From NCBI GenBank assembly GCA_963675245.1, contig OY775910.1, positions 1,120,001 through 1,184,000 on the forward strand: a DNA stretch of 64,000 nt, given 5' to 3'. Made by a program: the position numbers and the translations under genes. Positions 38,142 through 48,358 of this stretch are shown one piece after another. The stretch comes from Acholeplasmataceae bacterium (GTDB taxonomy: Bacteria > Bacillota_I > Bacilli_A > Acholeplasmatales > Acholeplasmataceae). Positions within the stretch are counted from its first letter, which is position 1. Each line of letters begins with the position of its first letter. The notes beneath the pieces are model-generated. The model was not told the DNA's origin, searched no databases, and saw nothing but the letters and a program-made list of their open reading frames with translations.

Positions 38142-39248
38142 ATGAATAAAATATATGTTTCATTTGAGGAAATGAGAACGTTTATGGAAGACGCTTTTGT
38201 GCGTGTTGGCGTACCTTTTGATGATGCCAAAACATGTGCGAATGTGTTACTTGAAAGTGATTTAAGAGGCATTGATTCACATGGTGTGAATCGCTTTAAA
38301 GTCTTTTATATTGATCGGATTTTAAATGGTATTCAAGAAGCGGTCACTCATCTTGAGGTTGTTAAGGAAACCGCGACAACCGCCGTGATTGATGGTCATA
38401 ATGGGATGGGTATGGTAATTGCTACAAAGGCGATGACCATGGCGATAGAAAAAGCGAAAGTGTATGGTTTAGGCATGGTTGTTGTCAGACACTCCACCCA
38501 TTACGGCTTTGCAGGTTATTATCCTTTAATGGCTGTTAAAGAAGGTTTAATTGGGATGACGGGTACAAATGCCCGTCCAGCCATCGCACCGACATTTGGC
38601 GTCTCTAACATGCTTGGAACGAACCCCTTAACCTTCGCGATGCCAACGGATGAAGCATTCCCGTTTTTCTTTGATGCTGCAACCTCCATTGTGCAACGAG
38701 GTAAGATCGAATATTATATGAAAAACGGTTTAGATACACCAGAAGGCTTAGTGGTTGATAAAGCAGGTCAAACACTTACAGATAGCAAGAAAATTCTAGA
38801 ACGCTTAGTTAAAAATCAAGCAGCGCTTGCGCCACTTGGTGGGATTGGTGAAGCACATGGTGGCCATAAAGGTTATGGGTTCGCGACTGTTGTGGAAATT
38901 CTAAGTAGTGCTTTACAATCTGGTGCGTTTCTTCACATGTTATCCGGTGTGTCAGAAGATGGTGGTTCAAAACCAATTCCAGTCGGTCATTTCTTTTTAG
39001 CAATCAACCCTGACTTCTTTATGGGTTTAGAGGCGTTTAAGAAGACAGCGGGTGATATCCTAAGAAGTTTAAGATCATCTGAAGTAGCACCAGGTGAAGC
39101 GAAGATTTATACAGCTGGTGAAAAAGAGTATCTTCATTCATTAGAAAGAAAAGAAACGGGTATTCCATTAAACGATGTTTTAACAAAAGAATTAATAGAC
39201 GTTCGAGATCAACTCAAGATAAACCATATCTTTTCATTTGAAACATAA
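38142..39248 (+). CDS. Ldh_2 family (AllD/ComC/malate-lactate type 2) oxidoreductase
   Basis: RGIDSHG, STHYG, GTNPL, DAATS, GHKGYG, YTAGEKE. Start placed at the ATG at 38142. Confidence 0.88.
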   Translation: MNKIYVSFEEMRTFMEDAFVRVGVPFDDAKTCANVLLESDLRGIDSHGVNRFKVFYIDRILNGIQEAVTHLEVVKETATTAVIDGHNGMGMVIATKAMTMAIEKAKVYGLGMVVVRHSTHYGFAGYYPLMAVKEGLIGMTGTNARPAIAPTFGVSNMLGTNPLTFAMPTDEAFPFFFDAATSIVQRGKIEYYMKNGLDTPEGLVVDKAGQTLTDSKKILERLVKNQAALAPLGGIGEAHGGHKGYGFATVVEILSSALQSGAFLHMLSGVSEDGGSKPIPVGHFFLAINPDFFMGLEAFKKTAGDILRSLRSSEVAPGEAKIYTAGEKEYLHSLERKETGIPLNDVLTKELIDVRDQLKINHIFSFET

Positions 39249-39415
39249 GATAGGCTTTTGCTTATCTTTTTTATTTCATTTGCAAAAAAAATAAATAAGC
39301 GATATATTAGTAGTGTTAGGGACGATACCACTCGTCTATTTTCATCATATCTTAGTGAAAGCATATGCATTATGCTTTTTTTGTTCGTCTAATAATGATA
39401 AATTGATGGTGAAGA

Positions 39416-41992
39416 GTGATGGCTATGATAAAAAGAATTAAACACATATTAAAAGGTATGAAAGAAACGATCCTGCATTTCGGATTGATTTCTTTAATTA
39501 TCATACCTGTTTTTATACTATTGAACACATTACTCTATATTGGCATTAATATACAAGAAGATATTATCAATACAAGTCTACAAGCATCTGCGAATAGTGA
39601 ATTAAGTAATATTACCTTATTTGTTAATGCACGTATTGATGCCCTTCATGATGATGTTCACGTGATCGTCAACGCGAATGAAACAAATGAATATTTACAT
39701 GACCAATCTATCAATAATCTTAACCAATATCAAGCGATGTTATATCGCATTATGGAGAGTAAAGAATCTTTTATTCATATCAATATCATCGAACCTACTG
39801 GTGATATAGTTTATGAGATTGAAAGACAATCTCATGAGATATTAACGACGACATCTGGTTATTTAGGTAGTATTGCATCTGAAGCATATTATCAATCAGT
39901 TTTAACGATGGATGAAGGTCAGATCTTTGTATCAACATTATATTTAAATGAAGGTCAACCGATGATGACCTATATTAAACCGCTTTATATGGATGATACA
40001 TTAATAACGATATTATCAATTGAAGTATCAGCCCATCAAATCTTATCTGTGATAGAAAATTATGCAGATGAGCATATTGATTTCTTACATATTGGTCTGA
40101 TCAATCATCACACATTATGGTCTTTTGATATGAACCAACAACTCATCATATTCACTGATTTAGAAGAAATTAATGCGATATTAAACCGAATTGATACAAA
40201 TGATTATACCATTTCAGAGATTATAGATTTTAACGATGAACAAAATCATTTTGTGACACTTGATGATAATGAATTGAACTTCTATGTAGACATGCATTAT
40301 CAAGAAGCCGTGAACGCGTCTAGTTATTATTTACTTAGATTCCCTTGGTTAATTGCCATCATCAACCTCGTGTTATTGGGTTTTATCAGTGTGATTGCTA
40401 ATCTCGTTAAATCAAGAAACGATGATAAGATTTTAACGAATGCGAATATCTATTTATCTGAACAAAGTAGTGACGCTGTTGTTGTTACGTCTTTTGACTC
40501 AAAGATTACTTATACGAATCAAGCGTTCTTAAGAAACTACGAATATCATCATGATGAGGTGATTCATCAAAATCTAGATGAGTTAATTAGTATGCCAGCA
40601 TTATATCCAAACTATGACAAATCATCTCAAAAAGAATACATTTATTTCAATTGGACAAAAACGAGATCAAACATTTATTTATTGAGACATTTACGTATTA
40701 AAAGAGAAAGTGCGGTTAGAAAGTCACGCAGACATTACATCTATGTTTATTCTGAACCGAAAATAGAACTAGATGATTATCAAAAATATATAACAAAGAA
40801 AGAAGAGACTTTAATTACGTTTAGATCGTTATTAGGTCTTGAACCACTCATCATCAATCAAACGATCGCGATTATGTTTAAACTGGATGAAACAGATACG
40901 ATTAAGTTTGCAGAATATATTATGTTGCATTGTCATGATATCAATATCGTTGCACAAGTGAAACATAATTATTTGTTACTCTATTTAAATCATGCAACAA
41001 AGTCATTTGAACAAATCATTGATGAACTTGAACTCTTACTTGAACGATATCGTTACCTACCGTATGTCGGTCAAGATTTCTCTCATCTGTTTGTGGCATC
41101 AAAAGCAGATGAGCATATCAACACCATTGACAAGCTCATGGATAGTTTAATCTTATCCTTAGAAATCGCGCGATCTAACCCACAAAACCCCCATGTCATC
41201 TATGATGAGCGTATGCATGAACAAATTGAACGTGAAAGAGAGATTAGAAACGAATTATTTAATGCGTTTACAAATGATGAGTTTTATATGGTTTATCAGC
41301 CACAGATGCACTTAAGAACAAAACGATTCTTTGGTGTTGAATCACTCTTGAGATGGCAAAATGAAAAACTTGGATTTATCTCACCTGCGGAATTTATTCC
41401 AATCATTGAAAACAGTTATTTTGTTAATCAATTAACGGCGATGGTCTTAAAGAAAGTCATTCGTGATTTTGAACCATATCGCAATCAACTACCAAAGAAG
41501 TTTAGAATATCTATTAATATCACGGCATTTGATTTTAAAGATTATGATATGGTCATGCATTTAATTGAAATCATTGAAGAAAGCGAGTTGCCAAGTGATC
41601 GGTTTATCTTTGAGATTACAGAAAGTCATTATATTGATAACATCGAAAAAACCAATCACATGGTTGATTTACTTCATGCAAAAGGTATTTTAATCGCGAT
41701 TGATGACTTTGGTACAGGATATTCATCCATCAATTCACTTAAATCAATTAAAATCGATTTAGTCAAACTTGATCGTTCATTCATTAAAGATTATCCAAAC
41801 GCGGATAATGGGGATATGGTTAAAACCATCATTAACTTAATTCATGGGTTAAAGAAAACAGTTATTGTGGAAGGGACTGAGACACAAGCACATATGGACT
41901 TCTGTGATGAAAATCATTGTGAGTATGTACAAGGGTATTATGTGTCTAAACCGGTCTCCATTAGTGAGGTAATGAAGATTATCACATCATGA
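39416..41992 (+). CDS. Membrane sensor (Cache-like)-PAS-degenerate GGDEF-EAL phosphodiesterase, paralog 1
   Basis: Two TM helices around an extracellular domain, PAS-like segment (YTNQAF), ESLLRW, FEITE, DDFGTGYSS, KLD, EGTE, QGYY. Confidence 0.85.
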   Translation: MMAMIKRIKHILKGMKETILHFGLISLIIIPVFILLNTLLYIGINIQEDIINTSLQASANSELSNITLFVNARIDALHDDVHVIVNANETNEYLHDQSINNLNQYQAMLYRIMESKESFIHINIIEPTGDIVYEIERQSHEILTTTSGYLGSIASEAYYQSVLTMDEGQIFVSTLYLNEGQPMMTYIKPLYMDDTLITILSIEVSAHQILSVIENYADEHIDFLHIGLINHHTLWSFDMNQQLIIFTDLEEINAILNRIDTNDYTISEIIDFNDEQNHFVTLDDNELNFYVDMHYQEAVNASSYYLLRFPWLIAIINLVLLGFISVIANLVKSRNDDKILTNANIYLSEQSSDAVVVTSFDSKITYTNQAFLRNYEYHHDEVIHQNLDELISMPALYPNYDKSSQKEYIYFNWTKTRSNIYLLRHLRIKRESAVRKSRRHYIYVYSEPKIELDDYQKYITKKEETLITFRSLLGLEPLIINQTIAIMFKLDETDTIKFAEYIMLHCHDINIVAQVKHNYLLLYLNHATKSFEQIIDELELLLERYRYLPYVGQDFSHLFVASKADEHINTIDKLMDSLILSLEIARSNPQNPHVIYDERMHEQIEREREIRNELFNAFTNDEFYMVYQPQMHLRTKRFFGVESLLRWQNEKLGFISPAEFIPIIENSYFVNQLTAMVLKKVIRDFEPYRNQLPKKFRISINITAFDFKDYDMVMHLIEIIEESELPSDRFIFEITESHYIDNIEKTNHMVDLLHAKGILIAIDDFGTGYSSINSLKSIKIDLVKLDRSFIKDYPNADNGDMVKTIINLIHGLKKTVIVEGTETQAHMDFCDENHCEYVQGYYVSKPVSISEVMKIITS

Positions 41993-42106
41993 CCATTTTG
42001 AAAACATTTACATGTTTGAAAGTGGTCTTTTTCTTTTGTTAGTTCATCAAAAGTGGTATACTACTAGAGGTTAATACATATGATATATGTAAGGAGTTAA
42101 TATAAA

Positions 42107-43528
42107 ATGATTAGAAAAACAAAGATTATTTGTACAGTAGGTCCATCGATTGATACAAAAGAAATGTTAAGTAACATGATTGATGCAGGTATGAACGTTG
42201 CACGTTTAAACTTTAGCCATGCAGATCACGCGGAACATTTAGCACGTATTGAAAATATTAGAGAACTCAATGCAGAAAAAAACACGTATATTGGTATCTT
42301 AGCAGATACAAAAGGTCCGGAAATCAGAGTCGGACAAATGGATGGTGTTGTGCCATTTAAGACAGGTGATATTGTTGAAATTTCTAAGGAACCAGTTTTA
42401 GGAACCAACAAGAAATTCCACATTGATGTCCCTGAATTATTTGATGATTTACTCCCAGGACAATTCATCTTAGTTGATGATGGTAAAATCAAATTTGAAG
42501 TCTTAAGTGTCAATACAGATATCATCACTGTTAAAACGTTAAATCCAGGCGTTATTAAAACAAAGAAAGGCGTTAACGTACCAAACGTTAAATTATCCAT
42601 GCCTTTCGTTTCTGAAAAAGATAGAGCAGACATTTTATTCGTTGCTGAACAAAACGTCGATGTCATCGCTTTATCATTTGTTAGACGCGCTGAAGATGTC
42701 GTTGAAGTGCGTGAGATCTTAAAATCAGTTGGTAAAGATAAAATTGAACTCATCGCTAAAATTGAAAACCAAGAAGGCATGGATAATTTAGCAGCTATCT
42801 TAGAAGTCGCTGATGGTATTATGGTGGCTCGTGGTGATTTAGGCGTTGAAGTATCGACACAACTCGTTCCAATCTATCAAAAGAAGATGATTCGTCTTGC
42901 CAATGAAATTGGTAAACCAGTTATCACAGCCACACATATGTTAGAATCAATGATGGCTAATCCACGTCCAACACGTGCCGAAGCGAGTGATGTTGCTAAC
43001 GCGATTTTAGATGGTAGTGACGCCATTATGTTAAGTGGTGAATCAGCAGCTGGTGATTACCCAATTGAAGCGGTTCAAACCATGGATACGATCGCATTAG
43101 CGATTGAACCAACCCTTCCTTATGAATCACGTTTAAAAAGAGCACAACATATTGCTAATCCGACAATTAATGACGCGATTGGTATTGCCGTCTCACAAGC
43201 GGCGTTATCGTTACCTACAGCGGATGTCATCGTTGCCTTCACTGAAACAGGTGGAACGGCTAAACGTATTAGTCGCTTTAGACCAGCAGATCCAATTATC
43301 GCTGTAACAAACGATAAATCAACATGTACAAGATTATCATACTATTGGGGTGTCACAGCTTACTATTCTCCAAAAGTAAGTGACTTCACATCATATGATG
43401 ATGTTGCCATTAAAGTCGCTAAAGAATATGGTTATAAGCCAGGCACAACCGTTATTACAACATCAGGTTATGCACAAAAGCATGGGGCGACCAATACATT
43501 ACGTATTATTGAAATCCCACAACCATAA
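42107..43528 (+). CDS. pyk: Pyruvate kinase
   Basis: TKIICTVGP, ARLNFSH, DTKGPEIR, AKIEN, MVARGDLGVE, MLSGESA. Confidence 0.97.
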   Translation: MIRKTKIICTVGPSIDTKEMLSNMIDAGMNVARLNFSHADHAEHLARIENIRELNAEKNTYIGILADTKGPEIRVGQMDGVVPFKTGDIVEISKEPVLGTNKKFHIDVPELFDDLLPGQFILVDDGKIKFEVLSVNTDIITVKTLNPGVIKTKKGVNVPNVKLSMPFVSEKDRADILFVAEQNVDVIALSFVRRAEDVVEVREILKSVGKDKIELIAKIENQEGMDNLAAILEVADGIMVARGDLGVEVSTQLVPIYQKKMIRLANEIGKPVITATHMLESMMANPRPTRAEASDVANAILDGSDAIMLSGESAAGDYPIEAVQTMDTIALAIEPTLPYESRLKRAQHIANPTINDAIGIAVSQAALSLPTADVIVAFTETGGTAKRISRFRPADPIIAVTNDKSTCTRLSYYWGVTAYYSPKVSDFTSYDDVAIKVAKEYGYKPGTTVITTSGYAQKHGATNTLRIIEIPQP

Positions 43529-43558
43529 ATCATTTAAATCAATTTTTTATAAACAGTC

Positions 43559-43590
43559 ATAGGACATGCTTTCACAGCATGTCCTATTTT
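43559..43590 (+). terminator. Intrinsic terminator after pyk
   Basis: ATAGGACATGC...GCATGTCCTAT followed by TTT. Confidence 0.75.
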
Positions 43591-43629
43591 TGGTATAATA
43601 CATATATAGATTGTTTCCTGGGGTTTGCT

Positions 43630-46218
43630 ATGAAACATAAAATCGTCAAATTTTTTATTAATCTAAAAATGCTATTTATCCAACTGGGATGGTTGCTCGC
43701 GATTGTCATTCCACTTTTTGTGTTTATCAACTGGGCGATTTTTACGATTGTTGATACACAAAAAGATACCATTAAAGAACGCTTATATATCTCTGCTGAA
43801 AAAGAACTTCAAAATATTGATTTATTTGTTAATACACGTTTAACATTTGTCCATGATGATATTCATGTCATTGAAAATGCCGATGAAACACATTTATATT
43901 TAGAAGATCCAACTCATGTAAACACGGAATCTTATCAACAATTGATTTATCGTATCGCTTTAAGCAAACCGTCATTTATCAATATGATGATGATGGATGT
44001 CAATGGTGATATTTTATATCAAGTTTCACGAGATGAAGATGAACAAGCTGTCGTTGTTACAGGAACGTTAGGAAGTTTATATAACGCGCTTCATTTTTCT
44101 GTCATTGAATCAATGGACACATCAAAAACCTACTTGTCAGAATTATATTTAAAAGACGGGAAACCCATCTTAACATTTGTCAAACCAATGGTTTATAATG
44201 ATGTGTTACAATCTTATCTCGTCATTGATTATGATGCCAATGACTTAACCTCAGTTTTAGAATTATACACCACAGATGAAGAAGATTACTTTGAATTTGG
44301 GTTTATGAATGACGCTGCAATTTGGCTTGTTAACGATACGTCTTTTTCATTAATGAGAAATGAAGATTTAGCCTATCGAGAAAATTTACTTGATAAAATA
44401 CTTCAAAATAGTGAAGTCGTTGTCAAATATTTTTCTTTTGACAATGAAGATCATCATTTCTTTGTGGAACAAACAAATTCACTCAGATTTTATATTATGC
44501 TTGATATTAACGCAGCCATTAATGATAGTGAATCTGTTTTTATTAGAAATGCACAATGGATTGCTGTATCAACCAATTTAATTGCAGGTGTATTAATCAG
44601 TTTTATTGCTTATATGCTTAGTGTCCGTAAAGATGATCGCTTACTCATTAATGCGAATATGTATCTTACTGTCCAAAATGAAGATAGTATCGTTATCATT
44701 GATAAAAGCTTAAGAATCATTTATATCAACCCTGCATTTGAGAAGATGTTTGGATATCATTTAAAAGATATATATCTCAAAAAGATTGTTCCAACCATCG
44801 GGGTACCTTACTTACCACTTAGATTTGATTTTAAGAAGATAAAAGAATATGACGATCATACGTGGCATATGACGAAATCAGGGATCTATTTATTACTGTA
44901 TTTAAGAGTGAAACAAGAAGCGTCAATTGTTGGTAGAAATAAACACTTCATTGGTATTCATTCCAATTCACAAATCGTCTTAGATGATTATAAACTATAT
45001 GCGAAAAACACGAGTTTCACCATGGATCCACTATTCCGGCTTTTTGAAACATTACCATTCGATGAACAACAATCCACGATGTTTTTCATTAAAACCATGG
45101 AAACAGATACCTATCATTTTGCTGATTTCATTAAAAAGCATGTCAAAAGTGATTATGTCATCACTGTTTTAAAATCTAACTTTGTGCTTATTTACGCGCG
45201 CATCAAACATGATCAGTTTATCCATGCAGTTACCCATATCGATAATCTGATTGAAACATATAGTTCATTACCTGATATAAGTAACAATTTCAGCCGAACA
45301 TTTGTCGTTGCACGTGCCAGTCATACGTTGAGTAGAATCAATCTTTTGATTGAAGCAGCACTGGTCAGTATGAGTTATGCAAAAGAACGTAAACATGTCA
45401 GATATTTCATTTACTCAGAAAAAATCAAACAACATGTGATTAGGGACTATCATATTGAAAAAGAATTATCAAAGGGTTTTAAAGAACATGAATTCTATTT
45501 AGAATACCAAGTCGTTAAAGATGTGAAACAAAACAGGTTCATTGGGGCAGAGGCATTACTCAGATGGCATAATAAACATTTAGGACAAGTATCACCAGCT
45601 GAATTTCTTCCTGTGATTGAGAACAGTATTTATATTAATAAATTATCACTGATGGTATTAAGTATTGCTATCTTTGATTTTGAACAGATGGTATCAGAAT
45701 TTAATGAAGATTTTAAAATCTCAATTAATCTTTCTCAATTTGATTTAAACAATGATTATATCATTGAACAAATGATGTTTAAAATTAATCAAAGTAATCT
45801 CACACCTGCACATTTCGTTTTTGAAATGACTGAAAATCAAATCATTAACAATCTGGAAAGAACGAAACAAACCATCGATGAATTACATCGACATGGTATA
45901 GAGGTAGCTGTGGATGACTTTGGTACTGGATACACATCCATTCATTTATTAAAGTCAATCAATGCCGATTATATTAAGATTGATAAACAATATATTAAAA
46001 ACTATCCTTCCGAAGATAATGGTCGGATGTTGGATACGTTCATTGATCTCATTCATCGCTTTGATAAACCGATTGTCATTGAAGGTGTTGAGACAAAAGC
46101 ACATATTGATTATTGTGTGAAACATCATTGTGAGTATGCACAAGGATACTATATTGCAAGACCGATGAATGCTGAGTCATTCAAAGAAAAGTTTAAACAA
46201 ACGAAAGGGGTTAAATGA
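43630..46218 (+). CDS. Membrane sensor-PAS-degenerate GGDEF-EAL phosphodiesterase, paralog 2
   Basis: EALLRW, FEMTE, DDFGTGYTS, KID, EGVE, QGYY; same architecture as paralog 1. Confidence 0.85.
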   Translation: MKHKIVKFFINLKMLFIQLGWLLAIVIPLFVFINWAIFTIVDTQKDTIKERLYISAEKELQNIDLFVNTRLTFVHDDIHVIENADETHLYLEDPTHVNTESYQQLIYRIALSKPSFINMMMMDVNGDILYQVSRDEDEQAVVVTGTLGSLYNALHFSVIESMDTSKTYLSELYLKDGKPILTFVKPMVYNDVLQSYLVIDYDANDLTSVLELYTTDEEDYFEFGFMNDAAIWLVNDTSFSLMRNEDLAYRENLLDKILQNSEVVVKYFSFDNEDHHFFVEQTNSLRFYIMLDINAAINDSESVFIRNAQWIAVSTNLIAGVLISFIAYMLSVRKDDRLLINANMYLTVQNEDSIVIIDKSLRIIYINPAFEKMFGYHLKDIYLKKIVPTIGVPYLPLRFDFKKIKEYDDHTWHMTKSGIYLLLYLRVKQEASIVGRNKHFIGIHSNSQIVLDDYKLYAKNTSFTMDPLFRLFETLPFDEQQSTMFFIKTMETDTYHFADFIKKHVKSDYVITVLKSNFVLIYARIKHDQFIHAVTHIDNLIETYSSLPDISNNFSRTFVVARASHTLSRINLLIEAALVSMSYAKERKHVRYFIYSEKIKQHVIRDYHIEKELSKGFKEHEFYLEYQVVKDVKQNRFIGAEALLRWHNKHLGQVSPAEFLPVIENSIYINKLSLMVLSIAIFDFEQMVSEFNEDFKISINLSQFDLNNDYIIEQMMFKINQSNLTPAHFVFEMTENQIINNLERTKQTIDELHRHGIEVAVDDFGTGYTSIHLLKSINADYIKIDKQYIKNYPSEDNGRMLDTFIDLIHRFDKPIVIEGVETKAHIDYCVKHHCEYAQGYYIARPMNAESFKEKFKQTKGVK

Positions 46219-46282
46219 TAACCCCTTTTTGTTTGAAATTCAAAATAAATGTGCTATTATAGGTTTAATGGAGGAAATACAT

Positions 46283-47011
46283 ATGCAAAAATTAAGAGAA
46301 AACAGCACATTTTTACCCCTATCTTTAATCGCTATTTTTACATTATTAATGATTTTTGATCGTATTGGATTAAATTCAACAGAAGGTTATATTTATCAGT
46401 TAGTACTGGCGTTATTCGCGTTAACCTACATTACAGGACATGGGAAGAAACCACGTCATGTTGTCAGTATTATGCTAGGTTTTTTATTTTGCTTTATAGG
46501 TGATTTATTCTTAGCAGGTGCATTCAAAGACTTTATTGATAGTGGTTTAAGAATGCCTTTAGGGATGGCAGGATTCTTTTTAGGTCACATCTGGTGGTTT
46601 ATATCACTCTTGCAATACAAAGAGAAATATGAGCTAAAAAGAACGCTTATTGTCTTTGTTGTTGTATATGTTCTGATTTTTATCGTTTGGTTATTGTTAG
46701 TGAATAATCCAGATAACAGTTTCTTATCAATATTGGCATTGCTTTACTCTTGGGGGATTGCTGCACCATTCGCGTTAAGCGTGTCTATGGTAAAGACAGT
46801 CAAACCATATGCCTATTTGATTATTGGTTATGCGAATCTCATCTTCAGTGATACTTTAATCGCTGTCAGAGATATCAAAGGTTTAGATCCATTTGGTGGT
46901 TGGCATGATGATATCGTTTGGTGGACTTATTTAGTAGGAATTTCAGCGATAACATATTTCTTTGTGATTTATAAAAAAGCGTTTGATAGTGATATGCAAA
47001 TTAAATCTTAA
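46283..47011 (+). CDS. YhhN/lysoplasmalogenase-like membrane protein
   Basis: IGDLFL, GMAGFFLGH, FSDTLIA motifs. ATG at 46283 follows GGAGG. Confidence 0.7.
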   Translation: MQKLRENSTFLPLSLIAIFTLLMIFDRIGLNSTEGYIYQLVLALFALTYITGHGKKPRHVVSIMLGFLFCFIGDLFLAGAFKDFIDSGLRMPLGMAGFFLGHIWWFISLLQYKEKYELKRTLIVFVVVYVLIFIVWLLLVNNPDNSFLSILALLYSWGIAAPFALSVSMVKTVKPYAYLIIGYANLIFSDTLIAVRDIKGLDPFGGWHDDIVWWTYLVGISAITYFFVIYKKAFDSDMQIKS

Positions 47012-47094
47012 TGATCAAAAGAACTCATTCAATCATGAGTTCTTTTTTTCTCTCGATTATGATACAATATGTTTATGGTTTTTAAAGGAGGAAT

Positions 47095-48333
47095 ATGATG
47101 CCAAAACAAGAACTTATTAAAGAGTTAGCAAAACTAGCCGTTAAGGTTGGTGTGAATGTCCAAAAAGGACAAACGTTAGTTGTAAGATCAACAACTGATA
47201 CAGCAGACATGGCGCGTGCAGTTGCACATGAAGCATACGCTGCTGGTGCAGGTGAAGTACGTATGATCTGGCAAGATCCATATATTTCACATGACGCACT
47301 TATTTATAGAAGTGCTGAAGATTTAGCAAACATTCATGATTCATTTGTTGAGATGTATCATGAGATTATCGATGCAGGTGCATGCTTAGTCGCGATTGTC
47401 TCACCAGTCCCAGGACTCAATAGTGATACAGATCCAGAAAAGTCACATGCCATCATGAAAGCGACACAAGAAAAATTAGGCTTTTATCGAGAATACACCA
47501 TGGGTAGTAAAGGTCAATGGACCATTATTGGAGCACCTAACGTGCATTGGGCAGAAAAAGTATTTCCTAATCTAAAAGGTGATGAAGCAGTAGAAGCTTT
47601 ATATCAAGCGATTTTTGAAACATCACGTGTTCGTGAAGGTGAATCAGCTGTTGCTAATTGGGATAGACATAATGCGCAATTACTCGCACATAATGAGATT
47701 TTAAATAACCATAACTTTAAAGAACTACATTTTAAAAATAACTTAGGTACAGATTTAGTTGTTGGTTTAGTCAAAAATCACCGTTGGGCTGGTGGTGGTG
47801 AAAATACCACAACTGGTGTTTACTACAATCCTAATATCCCAACTGAAGAAAACTTCACGATGCCATCAACCACCAATGTCCACGGTAAAGTCGTCGCGAC
47901 CAAACCACTTGATTATCAAGGTCGTTTAATCGATGGATTCTGGTTAGAATTTAAAGATGGTAAAGTCATAGATTTTGATGCGAAAGCAGAAAAAGAAACC
48001 TTACAAAAATTACTTGATACTGATGAAGGTTCAAGACGCATTGGTGAAATTGCGTTAATTAGTGATGATTCACCTATCTCAAATACAGGCTTACTCTTCT
48101 ATAACACCCTTTATGATGAAAATGCCTCTTGTCATATGGCATTAGGTCGTGCCTATCCGATGAATGTTAAAGGTGGTCTAGATATGAGCCAAGAAGAATT
48201 AAACGCAGCAGGTGCGAATCATTCAATGGTTCACGTGGATTTCATGTTTGGTTCTCCAGATATGGAAATTACAGGGATTACCCAAGATGGTCAAGCTGTC
48301 GCGGTATTTAAAAAAGGAAATTTTGTAATCTAA
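47095..48333 (+). CDS. M29 family aminopeptidase (AmpS/PepS)
   Basis: NIPTEENFT, GEIAL, LYDENASCHMALG, SMVHVDFM. Confidence 0.93.
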   Translation: MMPKQELIKELAKLAVKVGVNVQKGQTLVVRSTTDTADMARAVAHEAYAAGAGEVRMIWQDPYISHDALIYRSAEDLANIHDSFVEMYHEIIDAGACLVAIVSPVPGLNSDTDPEKSHAIMKATQEKLGFYREYTMGSKGQWTIIGAPNVHWAEKVFPNLKGDEAVEALYQAIFETSRVREGESAVANWDRHNAQLLAHNEILNNHNFKELHFKNNLGTDLVVGLVKNHRWAGGGENTTTGVYYNPNIPTEENFTMPSTTNVHGKVVATKPLDYQGRLIDGFWLEFKDGKVIDFDAKAEKETLQKLLDTDEGSRRIGEIALISDDSPISNTGLLFYNTLYDENASCHMALGRAYPMNVKGGLDMSQEELNAAGANHSMVHVDFMFGSPDMEITGITQDGQAVAVFKKGNFVI

Positions 48334-48358
48334 AAAATAAGGACTAACAGTCTAACTG

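Noticed and set aside
39284..39291. A8 tract in a promoter spacer as a phase-variable repeat
   Set aside because: Too short and too common in this AT-rich sequence to support without read-level length variation.
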